Origin: Pseudomonadales bacterium
GTDB taxonomy: Bacteria > Pseudomonadota > Gammaproteobacteria > Pseudomonadales > Azotimanducaceae
Length of the DNA: 64,000 nt
NCBI GenBank assembly: GCA_965208815.1
Contig: OZ242357.1
Span: 1,447,710-1,511,709, forward strand
Reading direction: 5' to 3'
Positions 36,764-47,300 of this stretch are shown here, in pieces (the stretch's first letter is position 1; each line of letters starts with the position of its first letter). The notes below the pieces were generated by a model. That model saw only the letters and a program-made list of their open reading frames with translations. It was not told where the DNA came from and made no database searches. A program made the position numbers and the translations under genes.

Positions 36764-37737
36764 CGCAGGAGCTTCGCGATCGGGTTCGCCAAGAGATGGA
36801 GGCCTGGAACGGAAAGCTGCGTCTGACCCGTCTGCTGACCCATCTGGGAGTGTCGACGTCGACGTGGTACCGACTTCCGAAGGGAGACTCGGAACCTCGG
36901 GGACGACCTCGGGATCCCCTCGATCCCGTCCGCGTCGAGGCGGTTCGGGACCTCTGCCGGCGCTATCCTTTCTGGGGCTACAAGCGCATCGCGGTGGTGG
37001 CCCGGAGAGACGTCGGCCCGGGCTATTCCGACCGTCTGACGTACCGCATCATGCGGGAGCTGAACCTGCTGCAGAAGCGGGCTCCCCGCCGTGCCGAGCT
37101 GCACCAGACGAGGCACCTGTTCGAGCTGCTTCCCTCGCGCCCCAACGATCTGTGGCAGATGGACGTGACCTACCTCCACCTGCCCCAGGGGCACTGGTGG
37201 TACGCGGTGACGGTGATCGACTACTACTCCCGGTACCTGCTGGCGTGCCATCTGACGCCGTTCCAGAACGCGGGCTCGGTGGCGGTCGCCCTGGATCTCG
37301 CCCGGGCCGAGGCGGAGCGCTTCCACGGTCCGCTGGATCGCGAGCCGACGCTGGTCACCGACAACGGCTCGTGCTTTCTGGCCCGCAAGTTCCAGAAGCA
37401 CATCGAGGAGCGGTTCTCCCATGTGCGGATCCAGTATCGAACCCCGCAACAGCTGGGACTGCTGGAGCGGTTCCATTCGACGTTGAAGAAGGAGGAGGTG
37501 TACTGGCGCATGTACGACGGACCCAACCATGCCCGGCAGTGTCTCGAGGAGTTCCGCGATCGCTACAACCGGGTGCGGCCGCACTGGGCGCTCCGGCCCT
37601 CCGAGAAGGAGGATCCACTGACGCCCGCCGACGTCTACGAGGACGGCCTGGCGGTCGTCATACCGAAGTGGCAGAAATGGGCGCGGGCGGCGAAAAGGAA
37701 ACTGGAGCAGGCAGCTCTGGAACGGAAGGTCGCGTAG
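36595..37737 (+). CDS. IS3 OrfB (DDE/rve), -1 frame relative to orfA
   Basis: Near-identical to copy A OrfB. Differences cluster at the C-terminal tail. Confidence 0.85.
   Translation: MARRLSSRWIRRLERTFRPRLGEATARSGAGAERPGDRRDDRGSESAKKKLWGLRVTQELRDRVRQEMEAWNGKLRLTRLLTHLGVSTSTWYRLPKGDSEPRGRPRDPLDPVRVEAVRDLCRRYPFWGYKRIAVVARRDVGPGYSDRLTYRIMRELNLLQKRAPRRAELHQTRHLFELLPSRPNDLWQMDVTYLHLPQGHWWYAVTVIDYYSRYLLACHLTPFQNAGSVAVALDLARAEAERFHGPLDREPTLVTDNGSCFLARKFQKHIEERFSHVRIQYRTPQQLGLLERFHSTLKKEEVYWRMYDGPNHARQCLEEFRDRYNRVRPHWALRPSEKEDPLTPADVYEDGLAVVIPKWQKWARAAKRKLEQAALERKVA
36736..36744 (+). promoter_or_regulatory. A9 slippery run (candidate -1 frameshift site)
   Basis: Nine consecutive A at the orfA/orfB overlap. 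Confidence 0.6.
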
Positions 37738-37821
37738 CCATGAACCACGAAATTTCTCTACACCGAAAAATTCCCGCTATTTTTGATAGCAAGACAAATC
37801 ACACAAAATTCTCAAAAAACT

Positions 37822-37867
37822 ACTGTTAATCAGCGGGTCGCTGGTTCGAGCCCAGCAGGTGGAGCCA
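37822..37867 (+). repeat. attR: 46-bp duplicate of the tRNA-Asn 3' part
   Basis: Exact match to 16312-16357. There is no 5' half of a tRNA upstream, so this is not a second tRNA gene. Confidence 0.85.
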
Positions 37868-38000
37868 CCTCTTCCTTTCGTAACTCGGGCGCATCAAGGC
37901 GCAAGTTTAGCCGAGTACCTCCTAGATCCAAATGCGTTCAGACCTCAGGATTTGCGAACGTGCTTCTCCATGTTCAAGTCACACATAGACGTTTTGATGT

Positions 38001-39575
38001 CTACCCGTCAGACAATATGGCTCTAGCTGCGTTTCGACCGGGTATTCCTGTGACTCCTCCACCGGGATGAGATCCGGCTCCGCAATGGTACAAACCTGAA
38101 ATCGGTCCGCGATAAGCACCAAAACCCATAACGGGACGATTTCCCCACAACTGATTCAGAATGTGGGCAATGTGGAAGATATCTCCTCCCGGCAATCGAA
38201 ATCTTCTCTCCAAGTCCAAAGGAGTAAGTACCTGTCGAGAAATTACAGAACTACTAAAGTTGGGAGCAAATTTGTCAATCGTTGCAAAGATCGTGTCTGC
38301 TGCCTCTTCTCTAAGGTTCTCCCAGTCTCTATCACGCGGAAAATGTTGACAGAAAAGGCTCGCGACGTGTTTGTCTGGAGGTGCTAGTGTGTCGTCAACT
38401 ATGGAGGGAATCAGCATTTCTATCACAGGATTCGTCGACCAATTGCTAAGTCTCGAGCCCAAGTAAGCAGTCTCCATGTACTCGAGTGTCGGACCAATCA
38501 CGATTCCAGATTGAAGATGGTCTTGTTTAGTGTCGTTTGCTTTGCATGTAAATTGCGGGAGCTCGGAAAGAGCTACGTTGATTCTCAGAACAGCCGACTC
38601 AGACCGGAGACTCTTAACTCGATCACGAAAGTTCGAACCGATCGTGCCCTCGTCTAGGAGATCTAGGTAGAGGTGTTGCGGTGCAACATTGGCAGCGATG
38701 GTTGTTGCTTCAAACTCGGTGCCATCCTTCAACTTAATCCCACGGACGAGATTTTGGTATGTGGTCACTTCGACGACTTCTGAGTCGGTGTAAATGTGAA
38801 CACCGCGTTGGACTGCTTCAGCTTTCATTGCTTGTGTGATCGCGCCCATTCCGCCGATTGCATGACCCCAGGCACCCGTCCGATCGATCACTTGTCCGAG
38901 TGCATGGTGAAGTAGTCCATAGGAAGTCCCCGCTGAATTTAGCGAAATGTGACTCCCAACTACTGCATCGAAGGCAAAGGCGGCTTGAATGTGGGGATTC
39001 TCGAACCATTGAGACAGGAATTGTGTGATTGGCGACACAAACAGATCGATGAGATTGCCACGCGCTTTAGGTGCGAGACTTCGAAACTCACGCACGTTCG
39101 ACAGCAGACCGACCCAATTGCTCCATCCTCCACCTAATCGCGGAGGTTCACGCTTCATCAATTGCCGAGCAACGTCTCCAACTGAAGACAACATCTCTTT
39201 GAATTTGAATAGTGCGTTTGAGTCATTCGTTGAAAACCGAGCGAATTCTGATGCTGAGTCCTTGTCGTCGTTAAAGACACTGAGCGATTCAGCGTCCGAA
39301 ATCGGGAAGAAATTGGCTATTGGTCTCGGCACGATGCGGAGACCATGTTCATAGAGCCTCAGATCCCGAATGACATCGAGATCCAATAGACCCACGGTAT
39401 AGCTTGCGATCGAGTTCCTAAACCCCGGATGGAATTCCTCGGTGATAGCCGATCCTCCAACTTCTGAATGACGTTCGAAGACTCGAACCTTCATTCCGGC
39501 ATTAGCGAGGTAACAAGCACACACCAATCCGTTGTGTCCCCCACCAATAATGAGGACTTCGTTCTTAGCAGGCAC
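38001..39575 (-). CDS. FAD-dependent oxidoreductase, phytoene-desaturase (CrtI)-related family
   Basis: GTG start. VLIIGGGHNGLVCACYLA is a dinucleotide-binding motif. The 524-aa length and C-terminal GAGSHPGGGVTG are typical of the family. Confidence 0.7.
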   Translation of the reverse strand: MPAKNEVLIIGGGHNGLVCACYLANAGMKVRVFERHSEVGGSAITEEFHPGFRNSIASYTVGLLDLDVIRDLRLYEHGLRIVPRPIANFFPISDAESLSVFNDDKDSASEFARFSTNDSNALFKFKEMLSSVGDVARQLMKREPPRLGGGWSNWVGLLSNVREFRSLAPKARGNLIDLFVSPITQFLSQWFENPHIQAAFAFDAVVGSHISLNSAGTSYGLLHHALGQVIDRTGAWGHAIGGMGAITQAMKAEAVQRGVHIYTDSEVVEVTTYQNLVRGIKLKDGTEFEATTIAANVAPQHLYLDLLDEGTIGSNFRDRVKSLRSESAVLRINVALSELPQFTCKANDTKQDHLQSGIVIGPTLEYMETAYLGSRLSNWSTNPVIEMLIPSIVDDTLAPPDKHVASLFCQHFPRDRDWENLREEAADTIFATIDKFAPNFSSSVISRQVLTPLDLERRFRLPGGDIFHIAHILNQLWGNRPVMGFGAYRGPISGLYHCGAGSHPGGGVTGIPGRNAARAILSDG

Positions 39576-39718
39576 AGTTAAGTTGCTCTAGTCACAAGTC
39601 GTCTACATTTCGAACAGGAATCGTACTTGAACCCACGACAAAAAGGGAACCAGATCGATTCGATTGCTATCTCTATATACGTGGGGATAGTCTAGATTTC
39701 ACGTAGTCGATTAGAACG

Positions 39719-41527
39719 CTAGCGGTAGGAACTAGCCTGGATCTCATAGAGTTCCGCGTATTGCATGCCTGATGCCATCAGTTCTTCATGAGAGCCACAC
39801 TCGACCATGTGCGAGCCTTCCATCACGACGATTTGGTTCGCCATTCTCACGGTACTGAACCGGTGAGAGACAAGCATGGTTATTCGCCCAGATGTGGGTG
39901 ACATTGTTGTGCTGTCATTATGCTGGGCAGCACTTACATAGCGCTCAAAAAGCGCATGTTCCGTTTCGGCATCCAGAGCGGCAGTCGGTTCGTCCAGCAT
40001 AAGAAGCAGAGGTTCGTCCCGCATGAAGCCACGTGCCAGCGACAGTTTCTGCCATTGGCCAAAGCTCACTTCCACCCCATTCTTCCAGGTGGGTCCAAGC
40101 TGTGTATCGAGACCCGACGGAAGTTGATCGAGAACATCCTCCGCGCCCGCTCTACTCACCGCAGTCTCGACAGCAGGACGGTTCTCAATGCGAGGTTGAT
40201 CGCCGATTCCCACCGTTTGATCTGCCACTAATTCGAACTGAAAGAAGTCCTGGAATGCTCCGGATAGACGTTCTCGCCATGCAATCGGGTCCATCTTGTT
40301 GAGATCCTTTCCGTCAATCAGGATTCGTCCCGCTGTGGGTTCATACATGCCTGCCAGCAACTTTACGAGCGTTGTTTTGCCCGCGCCATTCTCGCCCACG
40401 AGTGCTACTACCGATCCAGCGTCGATATGGAAGCTGACGTTCTCCAATGCCGGCTTTTCTGTTCCTGGATAACAGAAGGTAACGTCTTCAAAGGTTATTC
40501 CGTGCTCCAAGGTAGTTGGAACTGGGTCGCTACGTTGTGTGGTCATTGCATTGGAATAATCTTCGAGCCAGGCAAGCCGCTTGGCTCCGTCCATCCATAT
40601 GCCACGCAAGAAACCGAGTTCGCCAACTGTAGCACTGATGTAGGCTGCCAAGCGCGAACCTGCAGCAAGAACCAACAGAGCAGCCCCCGGTGGTGCCGCA
40701 AGAACATAGACCGTGAATACCACTGCTCCAACGTAGCCTGCACCAAAGATGGACCAAGCGACCACGGAAATGCCGGCCGTATGCCATCGCGCTCGCGCGA
40801 TGGGTTCATACCATCGACGCCAAGCCTGGTGTCGGTCTCGGACTATCCGATTGCCAATGTTGGACAAGCGCACTTCCTTACCGGGTGATGCCGTTGTCGC
40901 GATGTCAAAAAGATGCTTGGACAGACGTGAGGCCGGAGCGTTTTGTTCTTCGATTCTTCGTTCTACGCCGGGCCGGGTTGTGGAGGAAACAACCGTCGGT
41001 AGAGCAGCCAAAGCCAAAAGCAACAGAGAGGGGTGAACCGAATAGAGCAACGCGCCGGTGATTCCCAATCGAATAAACCACCCCACAGTCGCAAACATTG
41101 AGTGATACATGTGATCCAGCGTGAACACCTGATCGCGCAAAACCGTCAATCGATCTAAGTACTCTGGCCGTTCGTGGTGTGCGATGGTTGCAACACTGGC
41201 TTGAAGTTGCGCCACATGAGACTCGAGAGCTATCGAAACGCGATCCCGGAATCGGCGCTGCGTACGATCGCTGACGACACGCAGTGCCCACGTCAGAGTG
41301 GCCGAAAGTCCTAGCCCCAAAGCCCCAATCCATGTGTAGACTGGATTGTCCTGCAACAAGCCGTTGGCGAGAAGCATCAGCCAGAGCGCGAATAGCGCAT
41401 CCGGCATCGCAGCACAAATCGTCAATACAAAAGCGATGAGCAAGAGCCAGGGCTCAGCTGTGTAGCCTCGTTTCACAGCTCGCCACATCGACGGCAATGC
41501 CGCCGGCATTGAATCAATCGAGGACAT
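39719..41527 (-). CDS. ABC exporter, fused permease/ATP-binding subunit
   Basis: TM region followed by GENGAGKTT (Walker A), a signature-like SFGQWQKLSLAR and LMLDEPTAALD (Walker B). I chose the start at 41527, which overlaps the upstream gene by 14 nt; 41509 and 41599 are also possible. Confidence 0.8.
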   Translation of the reverse strand: MSSIDSMPAALPSMWRAVKRGYTAEPWLLLIAFVLTICAAMPDALFALWLMLLANGLLQDNPVYTWIGALGLGLSATLTWALRVVSDRTQRRFRDRVSIALESHVAQLQASVATIAHHERPEYLDRLTVLRDQVFTLDHMYHSMFATVGWFIRLGITGALLYSVHPSLLLLALAALPTVVSSTTRPGVERRIEEQNAPASRLSKHLFDIATTASPGKEVRLSNIGNRIVRDRHQAWRRWYEPIARARWHTAGISVVAWSIFGAGYVGAVVFTVYVLAAPPGAALLVLAAGSRLAAYISATVGELGFLRGIWMDGAKRLAWLEDYSNAMTTQRSDPVPTTLEHGITFEDVTFCYPGTEKPALENVSFHIDAGSVVALVGENGAGKTTLVKLLAGMYEPTAGRILIDGKDLNKMDPIAWRERLSGAFQDFFQFELVADQTVGIGDQPRIENRPAVETAVSRAGAEDVLDQLPSGLDTQLGPTWKNGVEVSFGQWQKLSLARGFMRDEPLLLMLDEPTAALDAETEHALFERYVSAAQHNDSTTMSPTSGRITMLVSHRFSTVRMANQIVVMEGSHMVECGSHEELMASGMQYAELYEIQASSYR

Positions 41528-43313
41528 CAAGCGCGAGTCCCCCTTCTTCTTCAGTAAACCGGGATGCTTGGAGATCGAACATCGTTCGATAGCGTCCATT
41601 CAGTTGCATCAGAGTTTCGTGAGATCCCTCTTCAATGACTCGGCCATGCTCTAGAACGCATATGTGGTCGACTTGACGCACGGTTGAGAACCGATGGGAA
41701 ATCAATATCGTTGTGATATCTCGCGTTTCCTGCAGGATTCGTCGAAAGATCTCTCGCTCGCCTCTTACATCCAATTGAGCAGTCGGTTCGTCGAGGAGAA
41801 CAATTCCTGCTCCACAGTAAGTCGCACTCAATGCTCGAGCAAGTGCTATTCTTTGCCACTGGCCTCCAGATAAGTCGATTCCTTGAGCGTACGCTTTGCT
41901 CAATGTCGTGTCGAGATCAGCGAGGTCGCTTGCACCTGCGCTCTCCAATGCACGAAGAATGACTTCTTCGGTGGCTTGCCCAGCAGGATCGACGTTATCG
42001 CGCAGTGTCAGTTCGTACCGCACGAAGTCTTGAAAGACAGCAGTTATTCGATTCCTCCAGTTGATCAGATCCCAGTCGCATAGATTTACTCCGTCAATCT
42101 CGATGGAGCCCTGCGTCGGGTCGTAGAGCCTGCACAACAGCTTCGCCAACGTAGTTTTTCCCGCACCGTTCTGGCCAACGATCGCGATAGAAGAGCCAGC
42201 GGGAATAGTGAGGTTTAGGTCCTCAAGTATTGTCTTCTCCCCAGTGGGATACTTGAAACTGACGTTGCGGAAGCATATGTTTCGCTCAGGTTTTAAATCG
42301 GAAGCGTAGGTCCCGTTCGGTAGCGATCCCACGTCGTACATGGAGCTGCCCAGTCGCATGGTCGCTCCCGCGGGCGCAGAGGCATTGTCCAATGCCCACG
42401 ATAACCCACCAAAAGCGATCATGCTGGTGGTGAAAGCGAGGCTAGCAAACATAACCATTCGATCTAGTCCCAATTCATTGGATGACATGTCGATTGCCAT
42501 CACCGTAAACACCATCGCGTTGGCAGCCAACACCAACAGCAAACTCCAAACCACCGGTTTCTCACGCAATCGTGTGGCTTCCCATCGAAGGTCGTGAAGG
42601 CGTCGTCTGTGTGATCGGAAACGTTCAACTACCCAACCTGCCAGTCCAAAAAGTCGGATTTCCTTGGATGCGGGAGGATTTACGGCAATCTTGTACGCAT
42701 AGTCGGCATGTCGTTGCGCCGTGCGAACCGCGTCAGTGTTGCGATCTCTCCAAACGCCACTCTCGCGAAGCAAGTAGTGGGTGGAAATCCAAGCACCTCC
42801 TAGTACAAGTGGAGCCCACCACGCATAAGCCGAAAGAATCATGCACGCCACCAATCCTGCGCACAGTTCTACAAGTCCGGAAGCGATGAAATCCATCGAG
42901 ATTGAAAGTGGTGGACCAGAAATGCCAAGATCGAAGTCGCGAGCTAGAGCGAGATCGTGGGTAAGATCGGCGTTCTCCAGATGCCCCATTCCTTCGGGAC
43001 GAACGCAGGTTTCGCTAAGACGATCATAAAGCAGACACGCAACGTGGTCTCCTAAATTCTTGCCTACGACCAAGTGAAGCGGCGGTAGGACCTGAACCAG
43101 CACAAAGAATGATCCAAGTAGAATCAGCGGCGCAAGCAGATCAGATTGTCTCTCGACAGCACCAATCAGCATTCCCATTGCGACAGCCAACAGTGCTGGG
43201 AGAAGGCCGCGACTAATCAGAAGTAGCCACCATGCGACGGCAAGCGCGAAGTGAGAGCGATGCAAGAGCATCATGTATAGCCATTCGTCGCGAGAAGTTA
43301 TTCGATCGAACAA
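41514..43313 (-). CDS. ABC exporter, fused permease/ATP-binding subunit (probable heterodimer partner)
   Basis: GQNGAGKTT, LSGGQWQRIALAR, VLLDEPTAQLD. TTG start at 43313 (an ATG at 43274 is possible). Confidence 0.8.
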   Translation of the reverse strand: MFDRITSRDEWLYMMLLHRSHFALAVAWWLLLISRGLLPALLAVAMGMLIGAVERQSDLLAPLILLGSFFVLVQVLPPLHLVVGKNLGDHVACLLYDRLSETCVRPEGMGHLENADLTHDLALARDFDLGISGPPLSISMDFIASGLVELCAGLVACMILSAYAWWAPLVLGGAWISTHYLLRESGVWRDRNTDAVRTAQRHADYAYKIAVNPPASKEIRLFGLAGWVVERFRSHRRRLHDLRWEATRLREKPVVWSLLLVLAANAMVFTVMAIDMSSNELGLDRMVMFASLAFTTSMIAFGGLSWALDNASAPAGATMRLGSSMYDVGSLPNGTYASDLKPERNICFRNVSFKYPTGEKTILEDLNLTIPAGSSIAIVGQNGAGKTTLAKLLCRLYDPTQGSIEIDGVNLCDWDLINWRNRITAVFQDFVRYELTLRDNVDPAGQATEEVILRALESAGASDLADLDTTLSKAYAQGIDLSGGQWQRIALARALSATYCGAGIVLLDEPTAQLDVRGEREIFRRILQETRDITTILISHRFSTVRQVDHICVLEHGRVIEEGSHETLMQLNGRYRTMFDLQASRFTEEEGGLALDVLD

Positions 43314-43400
43314 GCTCGTTCCTTGGACTCTGAGAGCTGTACTGGATGCCGGTCAGCAGTATCCAATTAAAGAGTAATCGAACTTTGTTGAGTAGCCACT

Positions 43401-44219
43401 ATGCAAATTCCGAAATTTGACGGAACCGTGACAGGTGAACAGCTAGAAACACTCTTGGAATTTTCAAAGGAGCAAGTAATTCGGGCGGGAAAAGTCATTC
43501 TGAATGGATTTAGGACCCGTCGTGAGTTTGTTGACAAATCAGACGGTTCAGACTTTGATCCAGTGACTACATCGGATCGAGAGGGAGAAAATCTGATCCG
43601 CAATGCCATCGCCGATCGTTGGCCAGAACACGGAATATTGGGCGAAGAATTCGGATACACCCCTGGAAATGGCCTCACGTGGGTAATGGATCCAATAGAT
43701 GGTACGCGTGCATTCGTGAGTGGTTTGCTCCATTGGGGTGTACTGCTCTCGCTCTACGATGGACGGAATGTCCTGCTTGGCGTCATGTATCAACCTTATG
43801 TGGACGAACTATATTGGGGAATTACTGCAGAAGCCCATTATTCGCAACGCGAACAGACGCGTAGATTGCAGACTAGTGATTGCTATGAACTCTCACACGC
43901 CATATTGTCGACCACCGATCCTCACCTGTTTCTGAAGAGGGACGAATCACTAGCATTTGAGAATGTGCTGCGCAAGGTGCGCCTCAGTCGTTTTGGAGGC
44001 GATTGCTACCAGTACGGCCTTGTGGCGATGGGATTCATCGACATAGTGATTGAAAACAATCTCAACCCTTGGGACATCCAAGCACTGATCCCAATCGTCA
44101 AGGGAGCAGGAGGGTGCATCACAACATGGGAGGGAAACGATCCAAGCATGGGTGGAAACGTAGTGGCGACTAGCTCTCAGAGACTGCACGAGCGGGTATT
44201 AAACACACTCAAGGCTTGA
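43401..44219 (+). CDS. Inositol-monophosphatase family phosphatase (IMPase or histidinol-phosphatase-like)
   Basis: WVMDPIDGT and the C-terminal NPWD...GAGG motifs. Confidence 0.8.
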   Translation: MQIPKFDGTVTGEQLETLLEFSKEQVIRAGKVILNGFRTRREFVDKSDGSDFDPVTTSDREGENLIRNAIADRWPEHGILGEEFGYTPGNGLTWVMDPIDGTRAFVSGLLHWGVLLSLYDGRNVLLGVMYQPYVDELYWGITAEAHYSQREQTRRLQTSDCYELSHAILSTTDPHLFLKRDESLAFENVLRKVRLSRFGGDCYQYGLVAMGFIDIVIENNLNPWDIQALIPIVKGAGGCITTWEGNDPSMGGNVVATSSQRLHERVLNTLKA

Positions 44220-44337
44220 GTGAATTGTCACTCAGACCACACAAAGTGCGAAACGAGTCTAAGAATATTTTCGATGAAGTAGTTTTCCATCCCTTAGTTC
44301 TAGAGCTTCCTGCTACTCTAAACCTTAGGACGGAAGT

Positions 44338-47300
44338 TCAAGAATCGTCGGAGGCAGGTTCGACAGCCCGTGTCCATCGGATTGCGTCGGCATAGATCCT
44401 ACGCCATCGCCAGTCCTCACTGACTCCAACCAAATCTACATCCACTGTTCCCTCTTCCAGCTCGAACTCACCGATGACATTCCACCCTAGAGATGCTTCC
44501 TTAGAATCCAACTCTACATTCCAAGAGCCGTCTCCGTTGGCGACCACGAGGTTGTACTTGTACTCGCGTCCCTGTGGAAACCACTCGTCATGATAGGGAA
44601 GATGGTATTCGAGCTTCCAGAGGGAAGCTTCCGGCAGCGTAGTTGAAAATCTCGCTGTTCGGAAAGTATTCCCCTTTACCTGCTGTGCTGTCGTCTTGCG
44701 GTAGTCACCGTGTGCATTCGCAAGCGATGCACGCGACCACATGTCTCGTTGACTACGCCATCTATACGCGTTTACTGGTAGTCCTGCGTCAGTGTCCAAT
44801 TGAAGAAGCGGCTCACGAAACCAGCTAGCCGGTCCGATATTCAAAGGCACTGAGTAATCAGGGTCTGTCTGAAAGATCTGAAACCCCGGGCTCAAGTCGT
44901 CGACGACGATGCCCATTTCTTCTGGTCTCCATGTGCTGTCCTCAATGTATGGGGGCAGTTCCAAATCGGTTTGCTCATCTTCAGAGACCGTATTGACACT
45001 TAGTGACCAAGGCTGGCGATTTAGGGAGAGTGTGGGATTGAGGTTTGCTTGGGTCAATTGGTATGGCGTAACTATGTTGATTCGCTTCGACGATTCCCCG
45101 CCAACAATAAGTGGTTTGGATTCCTCAAAGTGAGGGAATCCCCATTCATTATTAGTTGTGCCAAAATATTCAATAACAACCACCCCAGGAGTCTGTTCAG
45201 AGTTTCTCACTTCTACCGAAGCTAGCCACTGTGGAGTACCACTCGCGTCGTCGTTAATTCTGATGTTTTTGACAGTTGAAGCTTTAAAGCCTGGCAAACT
45301 CGAGGTCTCTAGCCAATCTGTGAGGAACGGTTCAACATTCACGCCGTGTTCCTCTGCAACAGCAATCAAGTCTTCTAGCGTGTAGTTTCTTCCTGCAAAG
45401 TTGTCCTTGATTTTGCGAATCCAAGCGCTAATGCTCTCGTTCCCGTTTGCAAGAACCAAACCACGAGCAATTTCATTGCTTTTGAGAAGCATGAGTTCCA
45501 AGTCTCCCTGGTACCCGCTACTTGAAGGAAGATCAGCTAAGGAAACTTGCTCCATATAGCTCCATGCAGATGCCCGAGATCCGTAGTTGCCAATCATGCT
45601 TAAGTCGTTTCGCAGGACGCCAGGATCGCCGCTTTCCCAAGAATCATCCGCAGCCCAAGCCGTTCGATCCGGATTGAGCCGAGTCAGTGCTGAGATGAAA
45701 AACGTCGCATAAATCGAAGAAAATCTAGGGTGGAGATTAAACAAAGTTACAACTAGAGACTGCATGATCAGATCCAACGATTGCGCATACGGGCCCTGCG
45801 CGGTGGTTTTGTGAGACCAGAATCTCTCGGGCAAGTTTAGCCACATGCTTTCCGTCATGACTGCGCTATCGAAAAACCCTTGTAGAATCGCCAGTTGAGC
45901 TTCGATCTGTTCCTGCGAGTCTTCAACTTTTCGGGAAGCACGGTTGAGTGCAAGGTCAATTCTTGCTCGAGGGAATCCATGTTCTTTCATCATGAAAATC
46001 CCTGGCAGTGAGTTCACGGAATCCATACGCCATCCGCCGCCAATGGTTCTTAGTTTTCTTGGAACCTCGACTAATGCCAACTCATTGTGAGAAATCGCAA
46101 TTCCTTTGTCCTTGTACCATTCAATGCGCTTCTTGGCTTCGGCAACAAACTCACTATCCTTCTCAAGAAACATTTGGAGATTTTTCGCGTGACGTTTGTG
46201 CAAATGCATTTCAAACGTCAGTTCACCCACGTTCAACGATCCGCTGACGAAATTCGAAGCAAACAATCCGAATTCATGAATTGGATTCTCAGGTGTCACC
46301 TTGTACGTTCGAGAACCGTCCGACTCATCCAGTTCGAGTCCCATTGCAACTAATGTCCATGTGTTACGGGTAAGGCTAACCGTGAGGTCCACTTCAAAGT
46401 AGTCTCGGCCTCGCTGACTCGCTCCAAAGTCAGCGTTGACGGCACCAGGTGTCGGATACCAGTGGTTACCAGGCATTAAGGCAACAAAGCTCCTATTAAA
46501 TATCGATCCGTCGATACCTAGCAAAGGTGCGGCAACTGTCGGTACGTCGTTACTATTCAGGTAGTCAATCGCACCGTCAAAGTAAGCAAACCGATGGTCT
46601 GGCACTCCCTCTGCAGATACTCTCAGCATGTGCTGTCCAACGAGGCTTTCGGCATTGCTTAAGGCGATCAGAAGCAGACCGCTTTCAAACCTGTAGTCGG
46701 CAGGTTCTCCGTCTAACTCAATACTGCTGATGCTCATTGAAGGGTTGAAAGAAAAGACAAGGCTGTTCGATTGAACTTCGCCGACTTCCATGTCATACAA
46801 CAGATCAATTGCAAGCTTCTTCCCGGGATCGATGTGAACTTCCCCGGTAATCTCTCTAATGTCGATGCCTCCCTTCCAATTGACCTCCTGATGAGCCAAT
46901 TGCCAGTCATTCGATCGTATTCCGGGACTGAGAGCACCGTATACGGCGAAACCAAACGCACCAGCACAAACGACTACAGTGGTAGTACATGCCAAGATAT
47001 TGGAGAGCGGAGTACTGCTGTCCCTTCGTTTGTGAAAGAGGGTTGCCGCAACTGTCAGCCCAATTGCTCCGACAACAGTGGCGAATCGGATCGCCAGCGT
47101 TTTCCAGTCGGGAAATTGGGGCAGTAGGTCAGAGATGAAAAGTACGTCGTTGGAGGATGGTGAGACCAATCCTCGAAGTGAGTACGGAGAGTCTAACAAC
47201 AGCAACAACCAAGCGAACATTGCAGCAATTCCGACAACTGCCACCGCCACACGAAATCGAAGCACACTTGAAAGAAATACGGCAAATGCACACCAAATCA

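Larger units (their letters stand above)
36400..37796 (+). mobile_element. IS3-family insertion sequence, copy B (1397 bp)
   Basis: Same ends as copy A, with a handful of substitutions. 4-bp TSD AATC (36396-36399 and 37797-37800). It lies 25 bp from the attR core. Confidence 0.9.
16312..37867. mobile_element. tRNA-Asn-integrated genomic (defence) island, about 21.5 kb, probably immobilised
   Basis: A perfect 46-bp direct repeat of the tRNA 3' part. A P4-like integrase remnant near the distal repeat. The cargo consists of restriction, NTPase and nuclease genes plus 2 IS3 copies. Confidence 0.8.

Noticed and set aside
30411-37796. The two IS3 copies might form a composite transposon carrying the integrase.
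   Set aside because: Each copy has its own distinct 4-bp TSD (CTAC and AATC), which indicates two simple insertions.
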